From the NCBI GenBank assembly GCA_965231875.1, contig CBDDOM010000003.1, positions 417,899 to 481,898 of the forward strand: a stretch of 64,000 nucleotides of DNA, read 5' to 3'. Numbering within the stretch: the first letter of the stretch is position 1; each line of letters begins with the position of its first letter. Source of the stretch: Alphaproteobacteria bacterium. GTDB lineage: Bacteria; Pseudomonadota; Alphaproteobacteria; MPNO01. Made by a program: the position numbers and the translations under genes. Below the pieces are notes generated by a model, which was not told the origin of the DNA, did no database searches, and saw only the letters and a program-made list of their open reading frames with translations. This document shows positions 48,908 through 57,081 of this stretch, one piece after another.

Positions 48908-49873
48908 ATGGCTGGATACGTGAAAACGGCGGTGCTTGCCGCCATGGCGGCGGCGGTCGCCGCAGCGCCCGCGGTAGCGCTCGACAAGGTCCGCATGGTC
49001 AACAGCACCAAGGTGGTGTTCGAGACCGAGCATCCCTACGCCGCCAAGGAAAACGGGATCTTCGAGAAGTACGGGCTCGACGTGTCGATCATCCACGGCT
49101 CGGGCGGCGCGGCATCGCTTCAGGCGGTAATCACCGCAAGCCAGGACGTGGTCTGGGGCAACGGCGTGCTCGGCGTGGTGTCGGCCTATGCCAAGGGTGC
49201 GCCGATCCGCGTGCTGGGAAGCAACATCCGTGGCGTGCCCGACCTCTACTGGTATGTGAAGACCGACAGCAAGATCAAGAGCTTCAAGGATCTCAAGGCG
49301 AGTGACGAATTCGTCTATTCGCGGCCGGGCTCCACCACCAACCTTGCTGTCCTGTTCATCAAGGAAGCGCTCAACATCCCGGCCAAGGCGGTCTCGGTCG
49401 GCGGGCCGTCGGGCTCGCGTACGCAGCTCATGTCGGGCCAGGTGGCCACCGGGTGGTCGGTCTTCCCGCTCAACAAGAACCTGTTGCGCGAAAAGAAGAT
49501 CCGCATCATCGGCACGGGGGCCTCGGCCGCCGCGCTGACCGGCACCACCATCCGTGTGATCGTGGCGAACGTGAACTGGCTCAACAAGAACCGCGATGCC
49601 GCCAGACGCCTGATGAATGCGCTTACGGAGGGCCAGGCGCGCACCTATTCGAGCGACGAGCAGTTGAGGGCCTATGCCAAGCGCTGGAAGCTCAACTACG
49701 AGGACATAAAGTCGGCGCCGATGGACACGCCGCTCAACTCCTCGACCTTCCTGCCGGTCGCCGGGCTTGAGACCATCAACAAGATCGCGCTCGAGAACAA
49801 GAAGATCAAGAAGCTGCTCACCGCGGAACAGCTCAAGGAGCTGGTGCATCCGATGGGCAACAAGCCCATCTAA
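48908..49873 (+). CDS. ABC transporter substrate-binding protein, NitT/TauT family
   Basis: Signal peptide, GIFEKYGLDV, IKSFKDLK, SRPGSTT. Confidence 0.88.
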   Translation: MAGYVKTAVLAAMAAAVAAAPAVALDKVRMVNSTKVVFETEHPYAAKENGIFEKYGLDVSIIHGSGGAASLQAVITASQDVVWGNGVLGVVSAYAKGAPIRVLGSNIRGVPDLYWYVKTDSKIKSFKDLKASDEFVYSRPGSTTNLAVLFIKEALNIPAKAVSVGGPSGSRTQLMSGQVATGWSVFPLNKNLLREKKIRIIGTGASAAALTGTTIRVIVANVNWLNKNRDAARRLMNALTEGQARTYSSDEQLRAYAKRWKLNYEDIKSAPMDTPLNSSTFLPVAGLETINKIALENKKIKKLLTAEQLKELVHPMGNKPI

Positions 49874-49897
49874 AGCGTTGCGCGCGGACGGCGCGGG

Positions 49898-50659
49898 ATG
49901 ACGGGTTCGTTCAAGCTATCCAGGTCGCCCGTCCTGGTCGGCGCTCTTGGGCTCGCGGTGTTCTTCTGCGTGCTTGAGATCGCGGTCGAGACCGGGATGG
50001 TGATGGAACTCGTCGTCCCGCGCCCGTCCGACGCGTTTCTCGCGTTCCCGTCGGTCCAGGAGGATATGGACCTGGTCGGCAACTTTTTCGTTACCCTGGG
50101 CATGACCGCGGCCTCGACCGGGATCGCGCTCGCGATAGGGGTGCCTTTCGGATATTTCCTCTATCGGAACCGGCGTTACGGCATCGCCTATGAAGGCTGG
50201 CTCGCGGCCGCCTTCGCGGCGCCCACGGTGCTGCTTTACCCGTTGTTCCTGGTGATCTTCGGACGGACCTATCTGACGCTGATCATGATGGGTTTCATCC
50301 CGGGCGCGATTCCCATCGTCATCCAGACCCGGCAGGGCCTGCTCGGCGTGTCTCAAACGCTGCTCAATGTCGGGCGGAGCTTCAATGTTTCCGAGCGGGA
50401 GATGTTCTGGAAGATCCAGCTTCCCAGCGCCGTCCCGACCATCTTCACGGGCATCCGCATCGGGGTGATGTATACTCTCGTCAACATTGTCGCGATCGAA
50501 TACCTGATCGATTTCGGCGGGCTGGGGCGGATCGTCTCGGAGATGTATTTCCGCTTCGACACACCCGGCACCTACGCCAGCATCGTCGCCGTCATTCTGG
50601 TGAGCGTGTTCTTCTACTGGGGCTTCGGAAGGATCGAGAAGTGGCTCAGGCCGGTGTAG
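49898..50659 (+). CDS. ABC transporter permease, NitT/TauT family
   Basis: TM helices, LLNVGRSF...KIQLPSAVPTIFTGIR, GLG. Confidence 0.9.
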   Translation: MTGSFKLSRSPVLVGALGLAVFFCVLEIAVETGMVMELVVPRPSDAFLAFPSVQEDMDLVGNFFVTLGMTAASTGIALAIGVPFGYFLYRNRRYGIAYEGWLAAAFAAPTVLLYPLFLVIFGRTYLTLIMMGFIPGAIPIVIQTRQGLLGVSQTLLNVGRSFNVSEREMFWKIQLPSAVPTIFTGIRIGVMYTLVNIVAIEYLIDFGGLGRIVSEMYFRFDTPGTYASIVAVILVSVFFYWGFGRIEKWLRPV

Positions 50660-51486
50660 TCCAAAGCGCGGCGCCCGCGGTCGCCACCGACCGCGAGGCG
50701 ACGGTGTTCCGGATCCGACTGCTCACCGTTATCTGCCTGCTGGTGGCATGGGAAGGGCTGGCCGCGCTCGGCAGCCTGGAGATCCTCTACGGCGACGTGA
50801 TCCCGTCGTCGTGGAAGATCGCCGTTGCGGTGTGGGGCGAGGTCATGGCGGCCGATTTCTACCGCGATCTCGGGATCACCTTCGCCGAGCACATCGTTGG
50901 CTTCATCGTCGGCTCCGCGATCGCGCTCGCGCTCGGCATCGCCATGGGGGTGAACCCGCTGCTCCGCAAGGCGATCGAGCCCTATCTCAATGCCATCGGA
51001 TCGACGCCCAAGATCATTTTCCTGCCGATCCTGTTCCTGATCTTCGGCACCGGGATCGATTCGAAGATGGCCAAGGGCGCGCTCTCGGCCTTTTTCCCCG
51101 TGGTGTTCTCGACCGCGCTGGGAATGATCCTGATCAATCCGGTTCTGCTGCGCGTGGGGAAGTCGTTCAATCTGAACCAGTGGCACACGGTGACCAAGAT
51201 CTATATCCCGGCGATGGTCAACCCGGTGATCACCGGGCTCCGGCTGGGCATGGCGATCACCGTCATCGGCGTGCTGGTCGCCGAGCTTAAATTCGCCGAC
51301 GGGGGCCTCGGCTACCGGCTCGGGAACTATTACGAACTGTTCAAGATCGCGGAAATGTACGCGATCATACTCATCATCTTCGCGCTCGCCGCGCTTGCGA
51401 ACATGGGCATGACCCGCCTGCAGACATACGCAAACCGGCATCAGGGCGGGTCCGGAGCCCACAGTCTCTCGGTCGCCACCAACTGA
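50641..51486 (+). CDS. ABC transporter permease, NitT/TauT family
   Basis: PKIIFLP, FFPVV, KIYIPA...TGLRLG, VAE...GGLG. Confidence 0.9.
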   Translation: MAQAGVVQSAAPAVATDREATVFRIRLLTVICLLVAWEGLAALGSLEILYGDVIPSSWKIAVAVWGEVMAADFYRDLGITFAEHIVGFIVGSAIALALGIAMGVNPLLRKAIEPYLNAIGSTPKIIFLPILFLIFGTGIDSKMAKGALSAFFPVVFSTALGMILINPVLLRVGKSFNLNQWHTVTKIYIPAMVNPVITGLRLGMAITVIGVLVAELKFADGGLGYRLGNYYELFKIAEMYAIILIIFALAALANMGMTRLQTYANRHQGGSGAHSLSVATN

Positions 51487-51522
51487 GGCGCCGGGACCGG
51501 TTTACCGAAAGGAGACGTGCGA

Positions 51523-51891
51523 ATGGCAAGGGAGATCTTTGTCGCCAAATCCAACGACCTTCCCGACGGCGAGCGCAAGATCGTTCCCAACGGCAATTCG
51601 GAGATCGGCGTCTACCGGGTGAAGGGCAGGCTGTATGCCTACCAGAACCTTTGCGCCCACCAGGGCGGGCCCGCATGCGAAGGGCTGCTGATGGCCAAGG
51701 TCGAGGAGGTCATCGCCGAGGACAAGACCTATCAGGGGATGCGGTTCAACCACGACGAGATGCACATCGTCTGTCCCTGGCACGGCTGGGAGTACGACCT
51801 CGAGTCCGGCGTGATGGTGGCGGACAGGACCTTCCGCCTGAGGAAATACGACGTCGTCGAGAAAGAGGACGGCATCTATGTCCTCGCCTGA
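51523..51891 (+). CDS. Rieske [2Fe-2S] ferredoxin
   Basis: CAHQGGP and CPWHGWEYD; AGGAG RBS; 122 aa. Confidence 0.93.
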   Translation: MAREIFVAKSNDLPDGERKIVPNGNSEIGVYRVKGRLYAYQNLCAHQGGPACEGLLMAKVEEVIAEDKTYQGMRFNHDEMHIVCPWHGWEYDLESGVMVADRTFRLRKYDVVEKEDGIYVLA

Positions 51892-52204
51892 GCAGCCGGA
51901 AGAAGAATTCGGCGATCTGCTCGCCGATGTCGGAGAGGAAACGGCGAAGCTTCAGGCGTTCGCGGAGAAGATGCTCGCGTTGGAGAAGGGCAAGGAGCCG
52001 CCCGACGAGTTGATCCAGGAAGGACTCACCGCGCTGACAAGACTCTATACCGTCAAGTTCCAGGTCGGAGAGCGCTGGTCGCCGTTCGTCGACGACCGTG
52101 CCATGCCGGCGACCGCGGTCATGATCATGTGCACCGCGATGCTGCGGGCCGTGAATGTCGAGCTTTTCGAACTCGGCATGTGGCAGGCCTGGTCAGGCGC
52201 CTGA
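51878..52204 (+). CDS. Small acidic helical hypothetical protein
   Basis: 108-aa ORF overlapping Rieske stop, GAGGA upstream, host-like codon usage, fills operon gap. Confidence 0.75.
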   Translation: MSSPEQPEEEFGDLLADVGEETAKLQAFAEKMLALEKGKEPPDELIQEGLTALTRLYTVKFQVGERWSPFVDDRAMPATAVMIMCTAMLRAVNVELFELGMWQAWSGA

Positions 52205-52216
52205 AGGAGACGAAGG

Positions 52217-53458
52217 ATGGATATTCCGACAAGCGACATCCACAAGATGACCGTCGAGGAGTTCGACACCAAGAAACTCCTCATCAACGCGGCGCGCCAG
52301 CGGGAACAGCGCAAGCTGGACGACGTGCTGATCGTCGATGTCGATTGCCATCACTATGAAAACGAGTCGCTGCGCGACATCATCCAATACATCGAAGACC
52401 CGGTGATCAAGCAGACCGGCATGGTCTATTCCGGCGGCGGAACCGGCGCGCAGACGCCGCTCCTTCCCGGTGTGGTCGGCTATCAGGATATCTCCGGCCG
52501 GGTGATGCGCTATCCGCTCCGCAAGATGGAGCAGACGCCGGCCGACGGCACTCACCGCGATATCCACCTGTCGCTCAAATGGATGGACGCGATGGGTGTC
52601 GACTACGTGTCGATGTTCCCGACGCCGATGCTGCTGCTCGGCCTGCACCCCCAGCCCGAGATAGAGGTCGCGATGTCGCGCGCCTACAACCGCTGGCTGG
52701 TGGAACAGATCCTGCCGCAGAACGAGCGCATCACCTCGATGCTCTACCTGCCGTTCAACGACCCCGAAGCCAGCTACAAGATGGTGCGGGACTTCGGCGA
52801 CAGGCCCGGAGTGGTCGGTTTCTCGGTCGTGTCGACGCGGTACAAGCCAGTCTACGACAACGCTTACATGAAGACGTACCGGCTGATGGAGGAGATGGGC
52901 AAGCCGCTTGCCTTCCACGCGTCCTATAACTGGAACGATCCGCTCCTCGGGGCGACCAACCGGTTCCTCGTCACCCACGCGATGGGGTTCACGATCTACA
53001 ACGCCATGCACTGCGCGAACTGGGTGATCAACGGCCTGCCGGAGCGTTTCCCCGGTCTCAAGGTGATCTGGATCGAATCGGGCCTCGCCTGGGTTCCGTG
53101 GCTGATGCAGCGCCTCGACAACGACTACAAGATGCGGAGCTCGGAGGCGCCGTCGCTCAGGAAGCTGCCGAGCGAGTACATGCAGGACATGTACTACTCC
53201 TCGCAGCCGATGGAGGTTCCCAACGACCTCGACGTGCTCGAGATGACGTTCAAGATGATCAAGGCCGAGACCCAGCTCTGCTGGTGCTCCGACTACCCGC
53301 ACTGGGACATGGACCTGCCCAGCGTGATCTACGACCTTCCCTTCCTCGACGAGACGGCGAAGCGCAACATCCTCGGCGAGAACGCGCGCAAGCTGTTCAA
53401 CCTCGACGTCTCCGGCCGCTTCCCGAACTATCGGCCGCCGGGCGGCGGAAACGCGTGA
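52217..53458 (+). CDS. Amidohydrolase-fold metalloprotein (DYPHWD type; candidate dinuclear oxygenase subunit)
   Basis: DVDCHH, FPT, AYNRW, AFHAS, WIESG, CSDYPHWD. Confidence 0.85.
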   Translation: MDIPTSDIHKMTVEEFDTKKLLINAARQREQRKLDDVLIVDVDCHHYENESLRDIIQYIEDPVIKQTGMVYSGGGTGAQTPLLPGVVGYQDISGRVMRYPLRKMEQTPADGTHRDIHLSLKWMDAMGVDYVSMFPTPMLLLGLHPQPEIEVAMSRAYNRWLVEQILPQNERITSMLYLPFNDPEASYKMVRDFGDRPGVVGFSVVSTRYKPVYDNAYMKTYRLMEEMGKPLAFHASYNWNDPLLGATNRFLVTHAMGFTIYNAMHCANWVINGLPERFPGLKVIWIESGLAWVPWLMQRLDNDYKMRSSEAPSLRKLPSEYMQDMYYSSQPMEVPNDLDVLEMTFKMIKAETQLCWCSDYPHWDMDLPSVIYDLPFLDETAKRNILGENARKLFNLDVSGRFPNYRPPGGGNA

Positions 53459-54774
53459 GCACCGCCGCGCATGCGGCGGCCATCGAGCCGGCGGCCGCGC
53501 CGACGCTGACGGAAGGGCTGGTCGGACTGATCCGTTCCAGGCCCATCGTCCGGTCCGACCTCCACGCGATGGCGCTGATCGTGCTCGACGGCATCGCCAA
53601 CATGCTCGCCGGACGGGTTACCGAGCCGGGGCGGATCCTGCGGCGCTGGGGTGCGGACAAGCAGGACCCGGGGCGCCGCGCGCTCCTGATGGGCGGCTGC
53701 ATGCACATCCTGGAGGTCGACGACCTTCATCGCGGCTCGGTCACCCATCCGGGATGCGTCGTCATCCCCGCCGCGCTGGCGCTTGCCGGCAAGGCCGGGG
53801 CGGACGGCGAAACCTTCTTGCGCGCGGTGCTGCATGGTTTCGAGGCGGTCTGCCGGGTCGGAATGTCGGTCGGCCGGATGCACTACAAGGTATGGCACAA
53901 CACCGCGACCTGCGGGCCGTTCGGCGCCGCGATGGCGGCGGCCGCTCTGCTTGAGCTCGACGACGGGGCCGCCGTACATGCGCTCGGCAATGCGGGAACG
54001 CAATCGGCCGGGTTGTGGGAATTCCTCAACACCGGGGCGATGAGCAAGCACCTGCACGCGGGACGCGCGGCGGAGGCAGGGGTGGTCGCTGCCGAACTGG
54101 CGGCGGCCGGCTTTACCGGTCCGCCCGCGATCCTAGAAGGTCCGCAGGGATTCTATGCCGGTGCCTGTCCGGACCCCGATCCCGGCGCGGTGCTGCGCGA
54201 CCCGGACGCGCCGTGGCAGGTGCACGCGACCTCGATCAAGCCCTGGCCGTCCTGCCGGCACACCCATCCTGTCATCGACGCCGCGCTTGAGGTCTCCGCG
54301 GGGACCGATCCGCAAGCGGTGGTTGCCGTCGAAGCGTTGACCTACGGGGCGGCGGTCGATGTGTGCGACAGGCCGATACCGACATCGCCGTATGAAGCGA
54401 AATTCTCCCTCCAGCATTGCATCGCCGCGGCGCTTGCCGACGGGGCGGTGGGCTTCGATTCTTTCGAAGCCGAAGCGCGGGCGCGTCTTTCCGCGCTGCG
54501 CTCGCGCGTGCGGGTCGGGGCGGGCGAGCCCTATGCGTCCGATTATCCGGCCGCCTGGGGCGGCGAGGTGACCGCGATCTTCGACGACGGCAGCCGCGTG
54601 ACCGCTTCCCGCCGGCGGTGCAAGGGCGATCCCGAAGCGGCGCTCGACCGCGACGAGATGGCGGACAAGGCGCGCGGTCTGCTGCGCTTCGGCGGCATCG
54701 CCGATCCAGAAGCGATGATCGGGGCCGTGCTCGCGATGGCCGGCGGCGGGCCGGTGCCGGAATTCGATATCTGA
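53455..54774 (+). CDS. MmgE/PrpD family protein
   Basis: HILEVDDLH, HPG, WHNT, KHLHAG, LEGPQGF, IKPWPSCRHTH, AKFS; GTGA overlap with upstream stop. Confidence 0.88.
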   Translation: MSTAAHAAAIEPAAAPTLTEGLVGLIRSRPIVRSDLHAMALIVLDGIANMLAGRVTEPGRILRRWGADKQDPGRRALLMGGCMHILEVDDLHRGSVTHPGCVVIPAALALAGKAGADGETFLRAVLHGFEAVCRVGMSVGRMHYKVWHNTATCGPFGAAMAAAALLELDDGAAVHALGNAGTQSAGLWEFLNTGAMSKHLHAGRAAEAGVVAAELAAAGFTGPPAILEGPQGFYAGACPDPDPGAVLRDPDAPWQVHATSIKPWPSCRHTHPVIDAALEVSAGTDPQAVVAVEALTYGAAVDVCDRPIPTSPYEAKFSLQHCIAAALADGAVGFDSFEAEARARLSALRSRVRVGAGEPYASDYPAAWGGEVTAIFDDGSRVTASRRRCKGDPEAALDRDEMADKARGLLRFGGIADPEAMIGAVLAMAGGGPVPEFDI

Positions 54775-54785
54775 GGGGAACGCCG

Positions 54786-55622
54786 ATGGCGGATGCGGGA
54801 CAGGTCGCGAAGGCCGAAGCCTTTCGGGCGCTGCATGACGGGCCGGAGCCGCTGGTCCTCGTCAACGCTTCCGATGCGTCGATCGCGCGGATCGTCGTCG
54901 AGGCCGGGTACCCGGCGGTGGCAACGTCCAGCGCCGGCATCGCCTGGCTGATGGGCTATGCCGACGGCGAGAACATACCGCGCGATGAAATGCTCTGGAT
55001 GGTGCGCCGCATCGCCGAGCGCGTCGACGTGCCGGTGACGGCCGACATGGAGGCGGGGTACGGAGTCGAACCCGAAGCGGTGGCCGACACCGTGCGCGCA
55101 ACGATCGGGACTGGCGCTATCGGGCTCAACATCGAGGACGGCGCGGTTCGCACGCCCGGCCCGCTGCTCGACTACGATCTCGCGGTCGCCCGGATCGCGG
55201 CAGGGCGCCGGGCCGCGGACGAGACTGGCGTACCGGCCGTCATCAACGCGCGCTGCGACGTGTTTCTGCGCGGCGGCAAGGGCCCGGAAGCCCTCCAGGA
55301 AGCGATCCGCCGCTGCAACGCCTTTCGCGAGGCCGGCGCGGACTGTCTGTTCGTCCCCTTCGCGCGCGATGCCGAGACCATCGGAGCCCTCGTCGAAGGC
55401 ATCGACGGGCCGTTGAACATCCTGGCGAACGCGGTCTCGCCGCCGGTCCCCGAGCTCAAGCGCCTCGGCGTCGCCCGGATCAGCATCGGCGGGCTGCTCT
55501 CGCTCGCCTACGCCACGCTGGCGCGCCGCGCGGCGGGCGAGCTGGACGATTCCGGGACTTACGGGTTCGCCGAGGGCGTCATACTCCACCCCGAAATGAA
55601 CGCCCTGATGGCGGGCGATTAG
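54786..55622 (+). CDS. Isocitrate lyase/PEP mutase superfamily protein
   Basis: FRALH, ATSSAG, PVTADMEAGYG, GLNIED, INARCD, AGADCLFVP; no KxCGH loop. Confidence 0.85.
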   Translation: MADAGQVAKAEAFRALHDGPEPLVLVNASDASIARIVVEAGYPAVATSSAGIAWLMGYADGENIPRDEMLWMVRRIAERVDVPVTADMEAGYGVEPEAVADTVRATIGTGAIGLNIEDGAVRTPGPLLDYDLAVARIAAGRRAADETGVPAVINARCDVFLRGGKGPEALQEAIRRCNAFREAGADCLFVPFARDAETIGALVEGIDGPLNILANAVSPPVPELKRLGVARISIGGLLSLAYATLARRAAGELDDSGTYGFAEGVILHPEMNALMAGD

Positions 55623-55733
55623 GGCGTTTCCGCGCCGTCCTTGTCAGCCGCCCAACCCAATCCGTCATTTCGACCGCAGCGCCGAAGGCGCGGAGCGGAG
55701 AAATCTGTCTGCGCAGGTTTCGCGGCATCGAAG

Positions 55734-55998
55734 GGGGCTTATAAAGATAGCTTGACGGTGACCGGGCCGCCGCCCGGTGCCGGCGGGCGCGGGACCTGTC
55801 CCGCCTCCTCCGTCATGGTCGGCGCAGGCCGACCATCCACGAGTTTTTTTGGCGCTGGAAACAAAAGAACAAATCGTGGATGGTCGGCCTGCGCCGACCA
55901 TGACGGCAGAGGAACGGTCTAGTGCGAAAGGGGTATGCCCCGGCGCCTCCCGGAACGTCTGTCGACCTACCGCCCGTCAAGTTATCCATATAAGCCCC
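55734..55998. mobile_element. 265-bp MITE with 25-bp imperfect terminal inverted repeats and 8-bp target site duplication
   Basis: TIRs GGGGCTTATAAAGATAGCTTGACGG / GGGGCTTATATGGATAACTTGACGG; CATCGAAG direct repeat at 55726-55733 and 55999-56006. Confidence 0.75.
55810..55906. repeat. REP-like perfect 33-bp inverted repeat inside the MITE
   Basis: CCGTCATGGTCGGCGCAGGCCGACCATCCACGA (55810-55842) and its exact reverse complement (55874-55906). Confidence 0.9.
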
Positions 55999-56190
55999 CA
56001 TCGAAGCGGAAAGGTATCTCCGCTCCGCCGCCCTTGCGGACGGCTTCGGTCGATATGACGAAGGGGATGATCTGAGCTTCCGTCCAAACCGGACGGGCCT
56101 TAAGCGCTTGGTAAGCGGTGGGGATGGCCCACCTACCTTATATATAGGGAGTAGGTTTGGATTGGCCTTCTTGACGGGGAGGGCGATCTG

Positions 56191-56673
56191 TTGGGCGATG
56201 AGTATCGAAGCGGTCCCATCGACTGGGATTTTCTGGAGGACTTTGAGGCTGAGCCGGCTTCGGAAGTAGAACCGGCTTCGGAAGTGGAGGCGTCTTCCGA
56301 GCGGTCGGCGCCGTCTCGCTGGAGCGAGGAAGAGAAGGCACGGATCGTTCGCGAGAGTTTCTGGCCCGGAGAGCGCGTGGGCGATGTGGCCGAGCGTTAC
56401 GGTCTGTCGAGCAGACGGTTGTCGTCGTGGCGCAGCCTTGCCCGCGAAGGCAAGCTGGTGCTTCCATCGTCTACGGCGGATCCGGAGCCTGAGCCGATTG
56501 CTGCGCCCGAACCGGCCTTCGCGACAGTAGAGGTTGATCCGCTGCCGGTGCCGGAGCGGTGCCTGATCGGTTCGGTTTCGATCAAGGCGTGCGGAGTGAC
56601 GGTTCGCCTGGACGGCGATATTGGCGCGAGCCGGATCGCGGAGATCGCGTCCTTGTTGAGGGCGCTGCGATGA
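56191..56673 (+). CDS. tnpA: IS66 accessory protein TnpA (HTH)
   Basis: RWSEEEKARIVRES...VAERYGL...LSSWR; start uncertain. Confidence 0.85.
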   Translation: MGDEYRSGPIDWDFLEDFEAEPASEVEPASEVEASSERSAPSRWSEEEKARIVRESFWPGERVGDVAERYGLSSRRLSSWRSLAREGKLVLPSSTADPEPEPIAAPEPAFATVEVDPLPVPERCLIGSVSIKACGVTVRLDGDIGASRIAEIASLLRALR

Positions 56674-57023
56674 TGGCGGCGGGCTCGGGGTCGAAGATCG
56701 TGGTGGCGACGCGGCCAATTGACTTCCGCAAGGGTCACGATGGTCTTGTGGCGGTGGTCGAGCACGAGCTGGGTCTGGATCCGTATTCCGGCATCGTCTT
56801 CGTCTTTCGCCCCAAGCGCGCCGACAGGGTCAAGATTCTCTGGTGGGACGGGACGGGTCTGGTGCTGGCGACGAAGCGCCTTGAGCAGGGCCGGTTTGCC
56901 TGGCCGGCGGTTTGCGACGGGGTGATACGGCTTTCGCGGGCGCAGTTCGAGGCCTTGTTCGAGGGGCTCGATTGGCGCCGGGTGTGGGGACCTCGGGTTC
57001 GCCGTCCGCTCGCGGCGGCATGA
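56670..57023 (+). CDS. tnpB: IS66 accessory protein TnpB
   Basis: PIDFRKGHDGL, FVFRPKRADRVKILWWDGTG, KRLEQGRFAWP; ATGA overlap. Confidence 0.93.
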   Translation: MMAAGSGSKIVVATRPIDFRKGHDGLVAVVEHELGLDPYSGIVFVFRPKRADRVKILWWDGTGLVLATKRLEQGRFAWPAVCDGVIRLSRAQFEALFEGLDWRRVWGPRVRRPLAAA

Positions 57024-57081
57024 GCGGGTCTGATTCGGATCGCCGCATTCCGTGGCGGCGATGCGATGGTAGTCTTCCGTC

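Larger units (their letters stand above)
55663..56060. repeat. Outer palindromic repeat (same family as 43396-43505) interrupted by a MITE
   Basis: CGTCATTTCGACCGCAGC...GGAGAAATCT left arm; TATCTCCGCTCCG...GCTTCGGTCGATATGACG right arm. Confidence 0.8.

Noticed and set aside
53455-55622. Second prpD/prpB pair
   Set aside because: The lyase-family protein lacks the KRCGH catalytic loop and the MmgE/PrpD protein is very divergent from the prpD at 61223; same superfamilies, probably different reactions
55663-56060. CRISPR array
   Set aside because: Repeats are inverted and nested rather than direct repeats with unique spacers; no cas genes in the window
56251-56289. 18-bp tandem duplication encoding EPASEV twice in IS66 tnpA
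   Set aside because: Real but only two units in a low-complexity N-terminus; no sign of function
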